Assembly: GCA_001798715.1 (NCBI GenBank)
Contig: MGSF01000022.1
Location: 21,899-85,898 of the forward strand
DNA from: Deltaproteobacteria bacterium RIFCSPLOWO2_02_FULL_50_16
GTDB taxonomy: Bacteria > UBA10199 > 2-02-FULL-50-16
Length of the DNA stretch: 64,000 bases
Direction: 5' to 3'
Position numbers and translations under genes: made by a program. Of this stretch, positions 61,139-64,000 are shown piece after piece (the stretch's first letter is position 1; every line of letters starts with the position of its first letter). The notes under the pieces were generated by a model. It was not told where the DNA came from and made no database searches. It worked only from the letters and a program-made list of their open reading frames with translations.

Positions 61139-63850
61139 ATGTGTATCAAGAAAACCTATATTCATAATATTTTGATCCTGGCCGTCGGCCTTCTTTTGAC
61201 CGTCACCCTTGCCTCTTGCAAGAAGATCAAGGGAGACGCTGGGACCCCGACCGATACGGCAGGCGAGGTGGACCCTAGTGGGGGCGATCTCACCCAAGGG
61301 GATTTTCAACTGACCTCCCTTGAGCCTTCCTCGGGAAAATCAGGGGATCGTTTTGTCCTCACGGGAGAGGTCCTCGATGCCGCGACCGATCTTGTCATGT
61401 TTGGCGAGATCCCCGTGATCCCCCATGCCGTGGGAGACGGGGCCCGCCAGTTTTTCTTCGCCTCCACGAGCGTCCAGACGGCCAAGACTGACGAGGCCAA
61501 GGGGCAGATCTCGGCCTTTGTCCCCCAGGGTGTTTGTGATCAGGAGTATGTGGTCATCGTCGTTCGGAGTGACAAGAGGAGTACGGGGAAAAAGTTTACA
61601 GTCGTGGGCGAGAAGCCCTGTCCCGGTTCTGCAGATGAGACAGAGGATGCGGATGAGACAGAGGAGACCGGGACCCCGGAACCCACGACCGTCGGGGAGA
61701 CAGTGGTGGGGGGAGAAGGGGAGGGTGATTTACAGCCCGCCGAGTTCGTGCTTGTTGAGGCCACCTTGGGACTTTCGCGAGAGATTGTTTATCGGCAATT
61801 GAATCCGACAACGACCTTATCCTGGTCGGTCAGTCATGGGGTCGTGGATGCGGTGACGATTTATGCCAATGGGAATGTCTTGAGTCACGGGGGTGTGATT
61901 TATCACAATCATCTCAATGTGAGTGGGAGCGTTGATTTGGAGCCCTTGGAGAGGACACATTATCAGGCGGTCTTTACCTCTCGGGGAGAGGTGGTGGCGG
62001 TGAAGGAGGCAGAAGTCTCCGTCATTGGTGAAGAGAATGATTTAAGCCTCATTCCCTATTTTGATGTGGCGGTCTCTCCCCTTTCCCGCACACGCACTCA
62101 GGGCAATAATTTTATCGCAGAGCCCATAACGGTCCGGTTTGTGGCGAATCAGATCACGGGGATCGATTTTACATTTTCGGAACAATGTGTGACGCCGCCC
62201 TGTCCCTCGTTGGGGAGGCGTCATTATGCGAGTTTGAATGGGTCTTTTACATTTCGCCCCGAGGTGACGGCGGTTTTTCGCGCGGTGGCCACGACGGACG
62301 AGAGGGAGACCATTGAGATCACGAGAAATATCCAGGTCACCCTCGCCGCCGTCGGTGCTGAATATACGGCGACGGAATGGGAGGATCGGAGCGATCAGTC
62401 CTATCTACCGGGATATGCCAGGTATCGTGTCAGGGTGAGGAATGCGGCGACGGCCCTGATACAGTCCCAGGGGGATTTTAGCCCCTGCCTCTGGGCGGCG
62501 GGTTCGTGTGTGCCCCTATCGGTGGTCAACATTGGAGGGGGCAACAAGATCCATGTGATCCCCCTGGCGAGCCTTCCGGCGGGGAGTGGGGACTGGAAGA
62601 TCTACGAATTTTACTGGAGGCAGAATTGTGGCACGGGGGCGAGTACGCGGTGCCGGTCCACGCTCAAGGCGAGGGGTTATAATGACGTCTTGATAGAGAG
62701 GGACAAAGAGGTCATGAGCCTGACGCCGACCCCCACACTCTCAGCAGAATTAAAATCGGGGGACTGGAGACAGATGCATGTCGAATGGAGCTGTCTTAAC
62801 TGTCGTGATGTGATTGTGACAAGCCCTTGTAGCCCTAGAACCTTTACCGGTTTTACTGGGAATACTGGGAGTCAGGACATTCCGATTTGCAGTAAAAATC
62901 AGAATGATAATAGGGCGACCTTGAGTTACAAGGACCCCTTTTCCCCTACCGTCCATACCTTAAGTGCCCATCCCTCCAATGGTCCCTCGACCACCCAGGC
63001 GAATATTACGAACTCTGACATCGGCAATAGAAACAATGGGCGTGATGGAGACGGGAGATATCGTATCCCATGGAGGACCCTCTGGGCCGTGAGGGCCGAG
63101 GTCCAGGGTTATACCCCCGAAGGGACGACCTGTGGTCGTTTGCGGTCCTTAAGCCTTAATTTCAGTCTGGGGGACGGGTCGTCGGAAGTGACCGGGGCCA
63201 ATGCCGATTTTCCCGTGGATCCCGACTGCTATGTCTTTGAGGTGACGGCCTATGATGTGGAAGGTGGGCCCCATCGATCCGGTAGAATCACGGCACAGTC
63301 CAAGATTGTCATTCAATACATTGATAATGGTTATGGCTGGCAGACATGTCAGCATGATTGTTCACCTAATTGGTGGTGTGGCGATCAGGATCGATGTTCG
63401 GCAACGGGCTATACACGCTATAAAACGGTTGTCGTCAAAAATGCGAGTAATCGTCGACCACGAGTCATGAGTGCGGGGAATGGTTATACTTGTCCTATGG
63501 ACGATGATAGTGGTGATCACATTTGGATGGTCATTAATGAACTCGAGTCTTCAACGCCTCGCGAGAGACAGTGGGGGTTAGAGCACCGATATTATTATAA
63601 TAGCTCAATCGCTTACGGTTGTAAGGTCTGTATTGATGGGGAACCTGGAGGGGGAGAGATTTGCACTAGTCCGTCAGTCGATTGGAGTAATCAGTCACCT
63701 TACTATGAAGGTTCAAGTTGGTGTCATGGGGAGACGACAACGGGGGCCCCTGAATATAGTTGTGGTGGTTGGAGTCTGGCCGGACCCGATAGCTGGACTG
63801 CAGTGGGCGTAGCAGTGGGCGTTGTTGTGGTGGGAGGAGTCATGCTCTGA
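61139..63850 (+). CDS. Large Cys-rich lipoprotein with an N-terminal IPT/TIG-like domain, an acidic linker and a C-terminal Gly/Val hydrophobic tail
   Basis: Lipobox LTVTLAS|C. IPT-like segment FQLTSLEPSSGKSGDRFVLTGEVL. Linker ADETEDADETEETGTPEPTT. More than 40 Cys. C-terminus WTAVGVAVGVVVVGGVML. Gene GC visibly higher than its surroundings. Confidence 0.6.
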   Translation: MCIKKTYIHNILILAVGLLLTVTLASCKKIKGDAGTPTDTAGEVDPSGGDLTQGDFQLTSLEPSSGKSGDRFVLTGEVLDAATDLVMFGEIPVIPHAVGDGARQFFFASTSVQTAKTDEAKGQISAFVPQGVCDQEYVVIVVRSDKRSTGKKFTVVGEKPCPGSADETEDADETEETGTPEPTTVGETVVGGEGEGDLQPAEFVLVEATLGLSREIVYRQLNPTTTLSWSVSHGVVDAVTIYANGNVLSHGGVIYHNHLNVSGSVDLEPLERTHYQAVFTSRGEVVAVKEAEVSVIGEENDLSLIPYFDVAVSPLSRTRTQGNNFIAEPITVRFVANQITGIDFTFSEQCVTPPCPSLGRRHYASLNGSFTFRPEVTAVFRAVATTDERETIEITRNIQVTLAAVGAEYTATEWEDRSDQSYLPGYARYRVRVRNAATALIQSQGDFSPCLWAAGSCVPLSVVNIGGGNKIHVIPLASLPAGSGDWKIYEFYWRQNCGTGASTRCRSTLKARGYNDVLIERDKEVMSLTPTPTLSAELKSGDWRQMHVEWSCLNCRDVIVTSPCSPRTFTGFTGNTGSQDIPICSKNQNDNRATLSYKDPFSPTVHTLSAHPSNGPSTTQANITNSDIGNRNNGRDGDGRYRIPWRTLWAVRAEVQGYTPEGTTCGRLRSLSLNFSLGDGSSEVTGANADFPVDPDCYVFEVTAYDVEGGPHRSGRITAQSKIVIQYIDNGYGWQTCQHDCSPNWWCGDQDRCSATGYTRYKTVVVKNASNRRPRVMSAGNGYTCPMDDDSGDHIWMVINELESSTPRERQWGLEHRYYYNSSIAYGCKVCIDGEPGGGEICTSPSVDWSNQSPYYEGSSWCHGETTTGAPEYSCGGWSLAGPDSWTAVGVAVGVVVVGGVML

Positions 63851-64000
63851 TCTTTCCCTCCATCTTTGCCCCCATATTGGGGACAGGACTCCCCCCTCCA
63901 TTGAAATCGTTAAAATCCCCACCATTTTTTCAATAAAATTACAATAAATTCAATAACTTATTCTAAACCGGCAGACCGTTTTTGGCATGGTGATTGCAAT

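Overview
The window reads as a bacterial chromosome of about 48% GC, gene-dense and mostly housekeeping. I see no rRNA or tRNA genes, no CRISPR array, and no transposase or integrase. A gene-product list appears in the features, so only the layout is summarised here.

Gene order, left to right:
- 1-14.4 kb: a type II secretion (T2SS) operon, gspD (5' end truncated by the window edge) through gspN, ending in a sigma-54 activator that carries two FHA domains in place of a receiver domain.
- 14.4-18.6 kb, minus strand: ftsB-like gene, then thiC, thiH, thiG and thiS, with a metallo-beta-lactamase-fold (MBL-fold) hydrolase gene upstream.
- 19.5-29 kb: alr, mlaEFD, purH, purD, purE, tsaC, and a DUF1015 gene.
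- 29-36 kb: DciA-like and DksA-like genes, then ruvB, ruvA, ruvC, yebC, an RDD membrane protein, a GDPD gene and rsmE.
- 36-38 kb: a ROK glucokinase and a hypothetical secreted protein.
- 38.1-44.7 kb: the complete trpEGDCFBA operon.
- 44.7-48 kb: a Fur-family regulator gene followed by two identical 8-3-8 palindromes, a small ORF, a His-rich outer-membrane beta-barrel, a periplasmic FMN-binding protein and a 4-TM His-containing membrane protein. This is the most likely candidate for an undescribed system, possibly a metalloregulated reductive metal-uptake module.
- 48-61 kb: leuS, holA, rpsT (minus), murJ, a YjbQ-family gene, phoH, a 7TM-HD gene, ybeY, lnt, and prfB with its canonical programmed +1 frameshift site.
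- 61.1-63.9 kb: a GC-rich, compositionally atypical gene for a 903-aa Cys-rich lipoprotein with an IPT-like domain.

Other observations worth a second look:
- A long perfect-stem hairpin element between gspF and gspG.
- Two hairpins in a 110-nt trpB-trpA spacer that occlude the trpA ribosome-binding site.
- A Trp-containing uORF coupled to the trpE start.
- An apparent extra frame break in prfB near position 60000.
- Several palindromes in intergenic DNA.
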